Shown here piece after piece: positions 1 through 12,503 of a DNA stretch of 64,000 nt. Both the position numbers and the translations under genes were made by a program. Within the stretch, counting starts at the first letter, position 1. The number at the start of each line of letters is the position of its first letter. The DNA is from Octopus sinensis (Eukaryota): contig NW_021836172.1 of the NCBI RefSeq assembly GCF_006345805.1, positions 1 through 64,000 of the forward strand. The letters are read 5' to 3'. Below the pieces are notes generated by a model. That model was not told where the DNA came from. It did no database searches and saw nothing but the letters and a program-made list of their open reading frames with translations.

Positions 1-1
1 G

Positions 2-212
2 AATCTTAAAGATCATAATAATTTGTTCATTATTGAATGGAACATTTTAGGGACGGCTCCGGCCTATAAGACTGCCAATCGGTTCTGTTCGTTTTGTTTT
101 GAAGAATTATTTTTGATTTGATTTTCTAGAAGAAAGCTGTTAAATTCAAAATCGGAAAGAGGATTTTTGGTGTTCATTGGAATGAATGTGTTTAAACATA
201 AACAGGTCTTTT
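2..212 (+). mobile_element. Penelope-like element, C-terminal part of GIY-YIG endonuclease (degenerate)
   Basis: Frame 2 reads NLKDHNNLFIIEWNILGTAPAYKTANRFCSFCFEELFLI*FSRRKLLNSKSE...KHK, matching the PLE EN tail pattern W-x-I-L...Y...C-x-x-C-x-x-E...LLN-x-x-x-E...H-K; one in-frame stop. Confidence 0.7.
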
Positions 213-629
213 AAGGATGCTTCACTTTGTTTAATTTGATAAACCGATTATTGAGAGTTTGATAATCACAGTTTCATCCTTTGCATTTACTATTTAAGTA
301 AGTTCTTCTCTCATTTGTTTTTGGATTTCTACGTTGCTATTATTTTAGGTTAGGTTTTTCAAAGGTAAACTCCTTCCAGTGTTATTTTGTAGATTTAAAT
401 ATATTTATTCTAGCTTCATAAATCAATATAAGTATTCATTAGATAAAATGTTATTAAATTATTTCTTACTCCTATGATTTGAATAATTTATAGATTTAAA
501 AAATTGTTATGAATTTTATAGCATTATATATATATATATATGTGTGTGTATATATATATATGTTTTAAATCTATATGTATGTATGTATATATATATATAT
601 ATTATATATATATATATGCATATATATAT

Positions 630-673
<44 letters not shown>

Positions 674-674
<1 letters not shown>

Positions 675-1287
675 TGATAAATATCAGAGTGAGTTATAAA
701 CAGTAGCAGAAACACATCGTGACGTATATTTGCCATTTGAATATGGCTAACCCCTAAGGGTGGATGCTACTGTAGTTTATAGCCCCAGGAGGACACCTCC
801 TCCAGGTGGCTATAGACACACTTTCTGTCTCCTATCAGTATTTGCAAAGGGAAGCCGTCCTTCCTGTCCTCAACTTATGATACACACGGACTCGAGTTTC
901 AAGGTATTGACCTATCATCAGCGTGTGACAATCATAGTTGTCGATAAGAAGGAGGTTCTCTCTACAAATACATATACTTTTTCCAGTATCCACTGACACT
1001 GATATTGAAAAAGTGAAATCAAACAATGATAAATATCAGAGCGAGTTATAAACAGTAGCAGAAACACATCGTAACGTAAATATGCCAACTACTGTAGCAT
1101 CCACCCTTAGGGGTTAGCCATATTCAAATGGCATATTTACGTCACGGTGTGTTTCTGCTACTGTTTATAACTGGAAAAAGTATATGTATTTGTAGAGAGA
1201 ATCTCCTTCTTATCGACAACTATGATCGTCACACGCTGAAACTCGAGTCCGTGTTGAAGACGGGAAGAATGGCTTCCCTTTGCAAAG

Positions 1288-1288
<1 letters not shown>
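674..1288. mobile_element. Short hammerhead-bearing non-autonomous repeat: ~350-bp monomer with terminal direct repeat, followed by an inverted, internally deleted copy
   Basis: 674-736 repeats at 1025-1087; 1088-1288 is the reverse complement of parts of 674-990. Confidence 0.7.
883..927 (-). ncRNA. Type I hammerhead ribozyme (minimal, PLE/retrozyme type)
   Basis: Minus strand: cacacg CTGATGA t-aggt-caat-acct-t GAAAC TCGA GTC cgtgtg. 6-bp stem I, intact core, palindromic stem III (ACTCGAGT), GUC cleavage triplet. Confidence 0.85.
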
Positions 1289-1351
<63 letters not shown>

Positions 1352-2277
1352 TATTCAGTAGTTATATTTTTATAGTGTTCTTTCACTTCACTACCGAGCA
1401 CAGCTCTGTGTGCCTTCGGTATGTGCTGTGATTTGTTGTGATGCTCTGATGGTTATTGTATGGAAAGTGTTCTGCGTAGGATGTGTGCAGTGCCTAGTAG
1501 TGCAATTTTCTGTATGTTATATGTGTTTGTAAGTCCTGGTGTTTTTGTTATGTATTTGTCTGAATATTTTTTTATCATGCCTAATGCACCTATTATGATA
1601 GGAATTGTTTCTGTTTTCAGATTCCACATTCTGGTTACCTATATTTCCAGGTCTTTGTATTTTGAAAGTTTCTCCATTTCTTTTAGAGACACGTTGTCAT
1701 CTGCCGGTATTGATACATCAATTAGAAAGCATTTTTTTTCTTCATGATCTCTGACAACTATATCTGGTCTGTTGGCCTTAATTTCTCTATCTGTGTGTAT
1801 CGGCATATCCCAGAGTATGGTTGCTTTCTCGTTTTCTGTGACCTTTTCTGATGTGTGCCTATACCATCTTTTTGTGTTGTTATTCCTTAATATTGGCATA
1901 GCTTCCAGTGTATGTAGGTCCCAACTCTGTCATGTCTGTGAATTTATTCCTTCTTAGCCAGGACTGGGCAGCCAGAGATAATATGATTTATTGTTTCTTG
2001 TCCATCTCCACTTTTTCTGCAGCTACTTGTTATATTTCTTTTCAATATATGTTTTTGGTAATTTCTGGTGGGGAGGCTGCAATTAAAAATCCCTCTGTCT
2101 CTGCTTTGAGTCCTGAGCTTCTCAACCATTGCTGGGATTTTTCTTTGTCTATTTCTTCTGCATTTAGTTTAGTCCAGTATTTACCATGAAGGGGCTTTTC
2201 TTGCCATCGTTTTATCATGGTTCCTTGCTGTTCTAGTTTTAGTTTGGATTTCATTTGTTTTATAGCTTTTGTTGTTT

Positions 2278-2497
2278 CCTCTTCTTCTTCTTCTTCTTCT
2301 TCTTCTTCTTCTTCTTCTTCTTCTTCTTCTTCTTCTTCTTCTTCTTCTTCTTCTTCTTCTTCTTCTTCTTCTTCTTCTTCTTCTTCTTTTCTTCTTCTTC
2401 TTCTTCTTCTTCTTCTTCTTCTTCTTCTTCTTCTTCTTTTCTTCTTCTTCTTCTTCTTTTTCTTCTTCTTCTTCTTTTCTTCTTCTTCTTCTTCTTT
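2278..2497. repeat. (TCT)n microsatellite inside the R4 element
   Basis: ~220 bp of TCT/TTC repeats. Confidence 0.95.
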
Positions 2498-3171
2498 ATA
2501 TTGTTAGGTGGTATGATTTCTTGTCTGTATTTGTCAGCTTCCTTAAATACTGAGAACAGTTTTTTTGTTTTGCCGCTATATGTATCAGTTTTCCTTCCTT
2601 CTGAAGTAGATATTTTTGCAGTCCTATGGTGGTTATTTTATAGTAGTTTTCCAGCTGTTTAAGGCCTCTAACACCTTCTATACGTTGTATATATAGTCTT
2701 TCTATGTCAGATTTTGGTTGATGCATCCTAGATCCTGTCATTATTTTTCTTGTTTTCCTATCTATTTTGGTCAGTTCGTAGCCGTAACATATAACTGGGA
2801 CAGTTAAAGTGTTAATACCTATTATCTTGTTTTTAGCATTGAGCTCTGTTTTTAGTATTGGTGTTAATACCTATTGTCTTGTTTTTAGCATTGAGCTCTA
2901 TTTTTAGTATTGATCTAACTCGTCTATAATATTCTTTTTTTATTTTCTCTTTCATTTGTGTGTGTTGTGTCTTATCTAGTTCATGGATTCGTAAGTATTT
3001 GTAAGTTTGGCTTTGGTCTAATTATTTTATTTCATTGGTTTTATCTAGTGTGATGTTGCTACTCTTAACTAGTTTCCCTCTTTTCAGGGTTACTTTGGCG
3101 CATTTTTCTAATCCAAATTTCATATCTATTTCTTTGGTAAATCCATGAACTGTCTTTAATAGTGTTTCCAG

Positions 3172-3879
3172 CTATTTGTTATTTGCAGCGTATAGTTTTA
3201 GGTAATCCATATATAAAAGGTGGCTGATCGTTTTGCCGTAACATTTATATCCGCATCCAGTTCTATTTAGCATATCAGATAGAGGTGACAGTGCCAAGCA
3301 GAAAAGGAGTGGAGAGAGCGTGTCTCCCTGGAATATTCCTCTTCTAATGGGGATGTCTTTGGTTTTCATGAGTCCCTCTTTTGTTTGGAGCTGTAGCACT
3401 GTTTGCCATTTATTCATAGAGTGTTCTATGAATTTTATAATTGTTGGTGCAACTTTGTTAATGGTTAGTGTTTCGAGGATCCATGTGTGGGGGATGCTAT
3501 CAAACGCCTTTCTGTAGTCGATCCATGAGATACTGAGGCCTTTCTTCTTTCTGTGGCTGTCTTCAGTTATGACTTTATTGATCATTAGTTGATCTTTACA
3601 GCAGTATGAGCCTTTGCAGCATCCTTTCCGCTCTTCTGGAAACAGGTTGTTTTCGTTCAGATGCTTGTTTAATCTTTGTGATATTACTGCAGTAAATGCT
3701 TTGTAAATTGTAGGGAGATAGGTTATAGGTCTGTAGTTTTCTGGTTTTGCTGTCTCATTGGATTTGGGAATTAAGATGGTTTTCCCCTTCGTGGGCCATT
3801 CAGGCATTGTCTCTGGCTCTGCCAGTATGTTGTTAGAGCTTTCAGCCAGCGTTTTGTATGTTCCTGGTAGATATTTCAA
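3172..3879 (-). pseudogene. Reverse transcriptase fragment of the R4/Dong element
   Basis: 235-aa ORF with non-LTR RT motifs DYRKAFDS, QGDTLSP and YMDY (decayed YMDD). Confidence 0.9.
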
Positions 3880-5616
3880 CCAGAAGTTGGGGATCTTGTC
3901 ATGCCCAGGTGCCTTCCAGTTGCATATTCTTTGCAGTGCCTGGGTGACCTCTTCAGTTGTTATGGGGTTCCAAAGTTGCTCAGATACTATGTTTGTTGTT
4001 TTAATACTCCTTGTTTTTTTGGTTGTTCATTCGCCGACCATATTCCTTTCCAGAATTCTTCCACTTCTTCTGCCGTTGGTGCTGCAGTGATGTCTATTTT
4101 ATTCTTGCCAAGTTCTTGGTAGAACTTTTGGGGGTTGGAGTTGAACTGTTTGTTTTTTTCAAAGAAACGTTGGCGTTTCTCATACCGACGGATGCTTTGT
4201 GCTTTGGCAAGGATATCTTGCTTTAGTTTTTCTTTTATCTCAGGTAAATCTTTTTTGTGATGTTGTATTTGCACAGTATTTTTGTTTCTTTTTGTTGCTC
4301 AGTAGCGTTGATTGTCTACTGATTTCGTTAAGAATCGACAGATCTTTTCTCACTTTTTGTATTTTCTTTTGGATGTTATTTATCCACAGGTTTATTTTGG
4401 GTGTTGGTACTCCTGTTTGGATGGGTTTTAGAGGGTATCCAGCTTCTTTTGTGGCTGCTGCATATACTAAGTCATTTAGCTCAGTGATATTGCTACTTGT
4501 TTCAGTGGCTATTAGTTCTGTGATGGCTAGGTTTATGATGTTTATAATTGATGTTGTTGTTTTGTCTATTTTGATTTTTGGGAGGTATGGTCGGTGGTCC
4601 ATCTTGAGATCTGTGTTTTTCAGTTCTTTGATTATTCTACTTTTTATAGTATCATAATCATTAGGTTCCCCTTCGTTGTTTCCAGGTTTTACATTTGTGT
4701 CGCTTTTTTTCACGTTCGTATGTTTGTCTGTTGTGTTTTGGCTTGCTGTTTGTCGTGTATTATTATGCATCCTTACGGTCTGGGTTTGTTGTTTTTTTGT
4801 TTACATCGTTTTTGTTGGAAATGTTACGTTTGTCTTCGTGTTTTACTGTTTCAGTGTTTATATTATTGGGCATTGTTGTGTGGCTTCTATCTACATTTTA
4901 CTGATGTATTTTTTCTTTTAAATGTTCTATTTCTATTTCTGATATTTTTTTTGCGTTGGCTAGTTTATTAGGGTTCTTTGCTGTATCCAAGTCTATATTT
5001 ATGTTATTTTTCTTCTATATTTTATATGTGTGTGTTGTTGTGTTTTCATTCTCTGGGTAGAGCACTGCTGTAAACTAAGCGTGTAGGATAGAAATGTATT
5101 CCTCATATGTCCATTTATGTCTTTTGGGTTTTATTTGCGGAACATGAGGAACAACGTCCGGCCCATTATTTTGACGGTCGTCATTTTCGTAGGGTACCTG
5201 TCCGTTCATTTCTGATGTTACATTGTTTTGCACGTGTAGTTTTTCGTACATTTTATGATATAAGTTTAAAGTACGTACTTCCCGATTGTTATTCTTGGGT
5301 TGAATAATATCGGTGTTATTTAATTTATTTGTAGTTTTTTTGTACATGGTGTTTGGGGCCGGGGAATGATCTGGTGTTGATGGATCGTAATGTATCAAGC
5401 ATGTTTACATGTGTTGTGTTAGAGGTGGAGATGATATCGAGTTTAAATACATCATTTCGTTTCGAAAATAGTAATAAATTTCAATGAGTATTACTTACTC
5501 GGATATAGTCCAATCCTTTGTCAGTTAATTTTTAGCTCCATACGATGTCTTTGTTTTCGATCTTTCTGGATAGATTTCGGAGCGCTGTTTTATCGTTCTC
5601 ACATGTTAAACGTCCC

Positions 5617-5651
5617 CTGTGTTGTTGTTGTTGTTGTTGTTGTTGTTGTCA

Positions 5652-5701
<50 letters not shown>

Positions 5702-5734
5702 CTTCTTCTTCTTCTTCTTCTTCTTCTTCTTCTA

Positions 5735-5805
<71 letters not shown>
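5617..5805. repeat. Compound microsatellite (GTT)n-(TCT)n-(TTA)n
   Basis: Directly visible. Confidence 0.95.
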
Positions 5806-6860
5806 GTTTTTTCCTTCTTTCTTCAAGTTTTCTTCCGTTTCTCGCCGAGTGTTTTCCATACACCTAGGGCAGAGAAGGGCATTGTATGCATTCCCAGATT
5901 ACACGCGCAAATTCACAGATAACATATGTATTTAAAAATTAATAAATAAATAAATTCATGGATGGATGTTATTTTCACAGCGATAGTGCTCTTCTCAGTA
6001 CATGAGCCGTTCCAATTAATACGATTTTTTGCACTTCCTGTCAGGATGGTAACCCTGGTGTCATTTTCAAATAGGTCTCAGTACCTTTTCTTTATCATTC
6101 CTAGAGATCCTACAATCACTGGTACTGTAGTCGTCTTGAGATGAAACATTTTTTCAATTTCCATTAGCAGGTCTTTATATTTACTAATCTTGTCAAATTC
6201 TTTCGCCGCTAAATTGTAATCACAGGGAATACTCATGTCAATTAATAAACACATCCTTTTTGTCTGATCTTTTATAATGATATCCGGTTTATTGGCTTTT
6301 ATAGTCCTATCGGTCTACACGGGGAAGTCCCATAGAATCGACACATTTTCTCCCTCAGTCACAGCTTCAGGATGATGTTTATACCATTTGTCAGCGGTTT
6401 TGATTTTATAATGCCGACATATTGTCCAGTGTAAATACTGGCCGACTCTGTCATGTCTTGCTTTATATTCTGCTGGTGCTAAGATTCTACACCCTGAGAT
6501 TAGGTGGTCTATTGTTTCAATTTCATCGTTACAGAATCGGCATTTTAGGTCAGCTCCATTTTTCATCACATTGGCTTGTTAGTTCCGGGTAAATAAGCTT
6601 TGGTCTTGAGCTGCTAATATGAAAACCTTCACTCCCTGCTTTTAGCCCTGAACTTCGTAACCATTGGTGCGTGTGTTTCTGGTCGACATCAGCTTGTTTG
6701 CTACGGGCCACATACTAGCCATGGAGATGTGTCTGTTCCCATCTGCTAGCTAAATTTTCATGTGCTTTTGTCTTTGCAATTAATTTTATTTTCTTTGCAG
6801 CAGCTGTTGGCGCATTTCCTTCAGCCTGCTCAATCTGGCGGGTATCTAAGAGATCAACAG
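5806..6860 (-). mobile_element. 5'-truncated R4/Dong element (CCHC + RLE + 3'UTR)
   Basis: CRFCNDEIETIDHLISGC...RHDRVGQYLHW...ILWDFPV (6315-6569); QWLRSSGLK upstream; flanked by (TTA)n. Confidence 0.85.
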
Positions 6861-6905
6861 CGAATTTATTATTATTATTATTGTTGTTATTATTATTATT
6901 ATTGT

Positions 6906-7883
6906 CATTTACTTTTAATCTGCATGTTTGATACAATCACCTGCCGGGGCACACCCAGCGCCCTAGGGCAAGTGAAGGTTAAGAGTTGTTGAAATATAGC
7001 TGAAAGCTTGGGGAGGGGAAGTAGAGAAATATCTTCATGTAATGCAAACACAAACATTTACGTTGATAGGGTTTTTCTAAGGATGTGGGCAGTACTTGTT
7101 AGCACAATCTTTTGGATTTCCTTGAGACATGATTTTCCAGGGATATTGTCTAGGTGTTTCTGACATCCCTTTTTTATCATACCTAGGGCACCTACAATAA
7201 CAGGAACAGTTTTTGTTTTAAGATTCCACATCCTCTGTATTTCGATTTCCAGGTCCTTATATTTACTAAGTTTGTCAAATTCCTTTACAGATACATTTTT
7301 ATCAGTGGGGACGCTTACTTCTATTAGTCTGCAGGTATTTTCTTCCCTGTCTTTAACAATTATGTCTGGTCGATTAGCCTTGATCGTTCTGTCAGTGTTG
7401 ACTGGAAAATCCCAGAGGATGGTGACATCTTTACCTTCAACAACTGGCTGAGGATGGTGTTCATACCAGTTAGCAGGAGTGTCGGATTTGTAGTGTTTAC
7501 ATATCTTCCAATGTATATACTGTCCTACCCTATCGTGGCCAATCTTGTATTCGTTTGATGTCAGCACAGGACATCCAGAAACGAGATGGTCTATCGTTTC
7601 GTCAAATGTGTCGCAGAATCTGCATTTAGGGTCAGTACCGTTTCGGAGAACGTTAGCCTGGTAATTTCTGGTAAACAAGCTTTGATCTTGTTCTGCCATT
7701 ATGAAGCCTTCAGTCTCTGCTTTCAATCCAGAGCTCTTCAGCCACTGATGGGTTGTTGCTTGGTCTACATCAGCATTTTGGCTTCGGAGAATATATTGTC
7801 CATGCAGGGGCTTCTGGCTCCACCGCCTCTCAATTTGATTCTGCCCGTTCTTTTTTGCAGTCTGTTTGATTCGCTTTGCTTGC
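6906..7883 (-). mobile_element. 5'-truncated R4/Dong element with intact RLE ORF fragment
   Basis: ORF 7058-7726: LKAETEGFI, CRFCDTFDETIDHLVSGC, NRPDIIV, EVSVP, KYKDLEIEI, VIVGALG; flanked by (TTA)n. Confidence 0.9.
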
Positions 7884-7934
<51 letters not shown>

Positions 7935-8056
7935 GATTATTATTATTAATATTACTATTATTATTAATATTACTATTATTATTGTTATTATTATTATTAT
8001 TATTACTAATATTATTATTATTATTATTAATATTATTATTATTATTATTATTATTA

Positions 8057-8088
<32 letters not shown>

Positions 8089-8112
8089 TATTATTATTTT
8101 TATTATTATCAT
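7884..8112. repeat. (TTA)n microsatellite
   Basis: Directly visible. Confidence 0.95.
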
Positions 8113-8514
8113 TAGTTTATTTAAATTCTTTCGTCTCACATACTATGATCTCCTCAGAGACTTTCTGCTCCATCTATTTCTTCTTATCTCGCTTATTCCG
8201 TATTAAAAATTACATTGAAAGTGTACTTATCTACTGTTTGTCAAGTGGATTGTTTATCAAATAATTCATACTCGGAACAATTGTATATTTTTCCCTGGTT
8301 AAAACGGAATTTCCCACTTGGTGTGGCTCCTTGATTTAGTAATTGCTTGCAAGTGCTATGATACTTCTGAAGCTTACTTTCAACGACGCAAGTTGATGGT
8401 TGCATGAAAAATTAGGGTAAGGAGTAGACGGAGTGGGTAGCGCAGGTCGGTGGCGGGTGTTGAACTCCTTATCGGGGAGAGGAGGAAGAAAGACGAATGA
8501 ATACACACACATAC

Positions 8515-8589
<75 letters not shown>

Positions 8590-8799
8590 TTTAAGCGGGG
8601 ACAACCAGATCGAACCATCTCCAGTGTAACTGCCCGAGATGGTCGTGACTTGTGGGACTTGACTGAGGAAAGAAAGCCACGAATTGTTCGTCCTTTTTTT
8701 TGCCTGTCCTCATCGTTATTTCTCCTGTCCGCCTTTGTATCGTCTATCTGTCCGAATCTTTTATTGTCCTCTATTGCGTTTTTGTTCCATATATATATG

Positions 8800-8863
<64 letters not shown>

Positions 8864-9210
8864 TATCAATTTATCTATAGACCGTTCTATCTGTTTACCT
8901 ATCTAATTATTTTTCTGATTATCTCTCTCTGTTTCTCTCTTTCTTTCTTTCTTTGTCTCTCTCTCTCTCTCTCTTTCTTTCTTTTATCTTTCACTCTCTC
9001 TGTTCCACACTTTCTTCTTCTCTCTCTTCTTCTCTCCTTCTGTCTTTCTCTATATCTCTCTCTCTCTCTCTTCGTGCTGCTATTTTCGGTGTGCTGGTGC
9101 TGCTTGTAGGACCTTTAATTTTTAATTAATGATTCTTTACCTTATAGGATTTTTTTACGCATGATTGCAACCTGATAATTATTGTAAGCATTAATATCCT
9201 CATAGTCGGT

Positions 9211-9962
9211 GGGCCAGATCCAGAAATGTGCACTTTGGTTGCCCCACCCCGCCCCTGTAACTTTAGTTGATGGTACCACATTGTTCCTGGTTCTATGGGG
9301 ATGACATTTTCACTTGTTGTCATTCGCACAACCTGTCAGGTAATTAGAAAAACAACTTTTTATAAGTAAAGGTGAGTCTCGAGGCTATAAAATGTGGAAA
9401 TATGTGATACACAGGTAACCATTGGAAATATTTGTCTATTAACTCCTTAGATGTCACTGATATGAAGGAAATATACCTCTTTACCATACCCATAGTGAAA
9501 GTTTCATCTCCCATTGCCCAAAATAGGAAAATCTCACCAATTTGTCTGAAAAAACGCCCGTTTTTTTATGTTTCTTCACAGAATATTGACTATCATTCCA
9601 TTTTCTTTTGCAATTAATTTAATATTCATTAAGTTAAACTTAATAGTTCTATTTACTGTGTTTTTCTACTATTCCATATGAAATTTGAGTCAGCTATCTT
9701 CAATAATAATGATATTATAGGAAATTTCCTACCCCATCCTCTATAAGGCTAAAATGGATGATTTCGATAAAAATCTCGATAATGAAGGGTGTCTTAACAT
9801 TTTTCTTTAGCTTTTGGGGCTTGTTTTATGTATTTCAATGAGAGGAAGCCAAACAAGTGAAAATGTCATCACATAAACCCAGGAATAACGTGTTTGCAAT
9901 AAACTAAATTTGCAGTGGGGAGGGGACCATCTCAATGAATAAGACCCTTATTTATTTGGCCC
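9211..9962. mobile_element. Putative MITE with diverged ~120-bp inverted ends
   Basis: 9240-9330 is the reverse complement of 9850-9930 (acaagtgaaaatgtcatc...; aactaaa..gcag..gggg); both outer ends read GGGCCA; no clear TSD. Confidence 0.45.
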
Positions 9963-9989
9963 TCTGTCTATATGTGCACAATTGGTTAC

Positions 9990-10665
9990 TGCCTTTTTAT
10001 CGAAGCGTCACCTACTGAGCTGTCTTCTGTGTACACTCTTCTTAAGAGGTCTGTTGAAATGGGACAATTCAGGAAGAAGTCATAATCGTAACGGACCTTG
10101 CTGTGTATGCAAAAGCTCAAGAAATTGTATGGAAAAAGCCAGAAGAGTTCTCCCGTGTCATCCTCAGATTGGGGGCCTTTCACACCATGATGATGTTCCT
10201 TGCAATCCTGGAAAGAGGTTCGGTGAGGCAGGACTGTCGGATATGTTAATCGAAACTGATATCGTTGATCCTGGTTCAATTCCTGCAGTGCTTGAGGGTC
10301 GGCAATAGAATCGCACCATACGAGCACACAAAGTTGTCATGGAAGCTATGCAGCGTCTGAGAATCAAAGCCTTCTATAAATGGACACAGAAGAACCATGC
10401 TCATTTACTCCAACCCGCTTGGGCAGCAATGGATAATGTCAGCAGTGAGATCACTTCAGAAAACTTCAATAACATGTTGTTGGCACCAGAGTTCACAGAT
10501 CTCTTGGAATTATTTGATGAGTTCTGCAAGTTGGACCAAGGTAAACTGGCAGCCTTTTGGGACTCTTACATTGACCTGGTCTGCCTACAGCTTCGATTCA
10601 CACGTGCTACTAGAAAGGGAAACTGGGTCTTGCATCTTGCTTCTGTACGTGAGATGCTACCTTGG
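9990..10665 (+). mobile_element. DNA transposase fragment, probably Academ-type
   Basis: Frameshifted reading: ...LGAFH...GKRFGEAGLSDMLIETDIVDPGSIPAVLEGRQ*NRTIRAHKVVMEAMQRL...FWDSYIDLV...RATRKGNWVLHLASVREMLPW. This is the motif order I recall for large invertebrate Academ transposases; the family name is from recall. Confidence 0.6.
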
Positions 10666-11920
10666 CTACTGGCGTCACAGCTCAGTATGAAAGGCTTGCT
10701 TAGGTCCGGGTACGGCAACACCGGAGAACTCACTAGCGCCTGTTTGTGTCCGTCAAAAGCGCCTTGTGTCACGGCAGTCCACTCAAACTTTTGGATCTTC
10801 CCCAGTAGCTTGTGCAACGATGCAGCCTTTGTTGCAAAGCGCCTGTAATAGGTGCACAGTCCGAGGAAACTCTTCAACTCCTTTACACAAGTAAGGACCG
10901 GCCAATCCTTGACGGCGGCCACATTCCCTGGGTCAGTACGGACACCGTCTTCGGCCACAATATGTCCCAGGTATCTTACTTCTGGAACAGACAGCACTTC
11001 TTCGGTTTCAACTTGAGGTTTTCAGTTCGAAACCTCTCAAATACCCCCGATAACATCTCCAGTTCTTGATCAAGGGTTTGACCAAACACTACGACGTCAA
11101 GATAGATAAGGGTGGCCTGCCATTGCAGGCCCTCCAGTGCCCGGTCTAAAAGACGCTCGAAAGTTGCAGGGGCGTTACACAAGCCGAATGGCATCACATT
11201 GAGCTGCCACAACCCCGTCCGTACGAAAATGCAGTCTTTTCCCTATATCTTACGGCAACCTTGATTTGATTGTATCCGGCTTTTATATCCAGTATAGAGA
11301 ACCACCGAGTCCCCACCAAAGCATCAAACGTTTCGTCAATTCTCGGCAGAGGATGCGCATCCTTAACTGTCACTTCATTGAGCGCTCTGTAATCCACGCA
11401 GCATCTCACTGTGCCGTCTTTCTTCCGCACTAAAACAATGGCTGATGACCAGGGACTGTTCGACATTTCCACTACTCCCTGTCGTCGATATTCCTCCATC
11501 ACTTCCTCCATTTCCTGTCACTGAACTGGGGCCATCCTCCGAGCTGGCTGCTTGATTGTGTGGTGGCCGCCTGTGTCGATATCGTGCTCCACCAGGTCCG
11601 TGCAACCGAAGTCTAGATCTCCTGCAGAGAACACATCAACGTACCTCGCTAATAGCTTCCTCAGCCGCAACACCTGAGCGCCATCTAAGCACTGGCGACT
11701 CCGTGCGAACAGATCTTGTAAATGCACAGCCAGACCACCACCTCCTTCAACTACGCTCCTGCAGTTACGCAACTGACCCTGCCACTGTCCACTGCCTGGC
11801 ACAGTCCCACCATTTGTCCTTTACAAATCTTCTGTGCCACTCTCCAGAAATTGGCTACCACAACCAGCACTTCATCAGCTCCTGCCCCTTCCAGGGTTCT
11901 TCCGATCGTCACTCCAGCTA
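10660..11920 (-). mobile_element. Gypsy/Ty3 LTR retrotransposon pol fragment (RT to start of RNase H)
   Basis: SPWSSAIVLVRKKDGTVRCCVDYRALN, HPLPRIDE, MPFGLCNAPATF, IYLD, YLGHIV, LKSFLGLCTYYRRF, PFILSCDAS across frameshifted ORFs. Confidence 0.95.
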
Positions 11921-11924
11921 AGTT

Positions 11925-12452
11925 ATTCTATCGGTCACCTTTGGCGAACCACAATGTTATTTTATCAATCTCCTGTGGCGAATCTCTAGGTTATTTTATC
12001 GAAATCCTTTGGCGAACCGCTAAGTTATTGTATCGATCTGGTTTGGCGAACCGCTAAGGTATTTGATCGATCGCGTTTGGCGAACTCCTAAGTTATTTTA
12101 TCAATCTCATTTGGCGAACCGTTAAGTTATTGTATCGGTTTCGTTTGGCGAACCGCTAAGTTGTTTTTATTGGTCTCCTTTGGCGAACCGTTAAGTTATT
12201 TTATCGATTTCGTTTGCCGAACCGCTAAGTTACATTATCGATCACCTTTGACGAATCGTTATGTCATTCTATTGATCTCATTTGGCGAACCGCTAAGGTA
12301 TTTTATCGATCGCATTTGGTGAACCCCTAATTTATTTTATCGATCTCCTTTAGCGACCCGCTAAGTTATTTTATTGATCACGTTTGGCGAACCGCTAAGT
12401 TACTTTATCGATCTGCTTTGGCGAACTGCTAAGTTATTGTATCGATCTCTAA
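11925..12452. repeat. ~34-bp minisatellite, ~15 copies (tttggcgaaccgctaagttattttatcgatc..)
   Basis: Periodic tttggcgaacc motif, e.g. at 12008, 12042, 12076. Confidence 0.9.
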
Positions 12453-12503
12453 GTTATGGATCTCAGCCATACACCAACATGTCTTGGAATATTTACACTC
12501 GCG

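Larger units (their letters stand above)
1356..5420 (-). mobile_element. R4/Dong-clade non-LTR retrotransposon (RT + CCHC + RLE endonuclease), near full length, degraded
   Basis: ORF pieces in element order: KRHKWTYEE N-terminus (5075-5398); RT with YRPITYLPTIYK, GIFQGDTLSPLLF, HLLYMD (3172-3879); C..C..ETINHIISGC (1944-2129); LWD...NRPDIV...IDVSIP...EK..KY (1639-1899). 3' end abuts (TTA)n. Confidence 0.9.
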
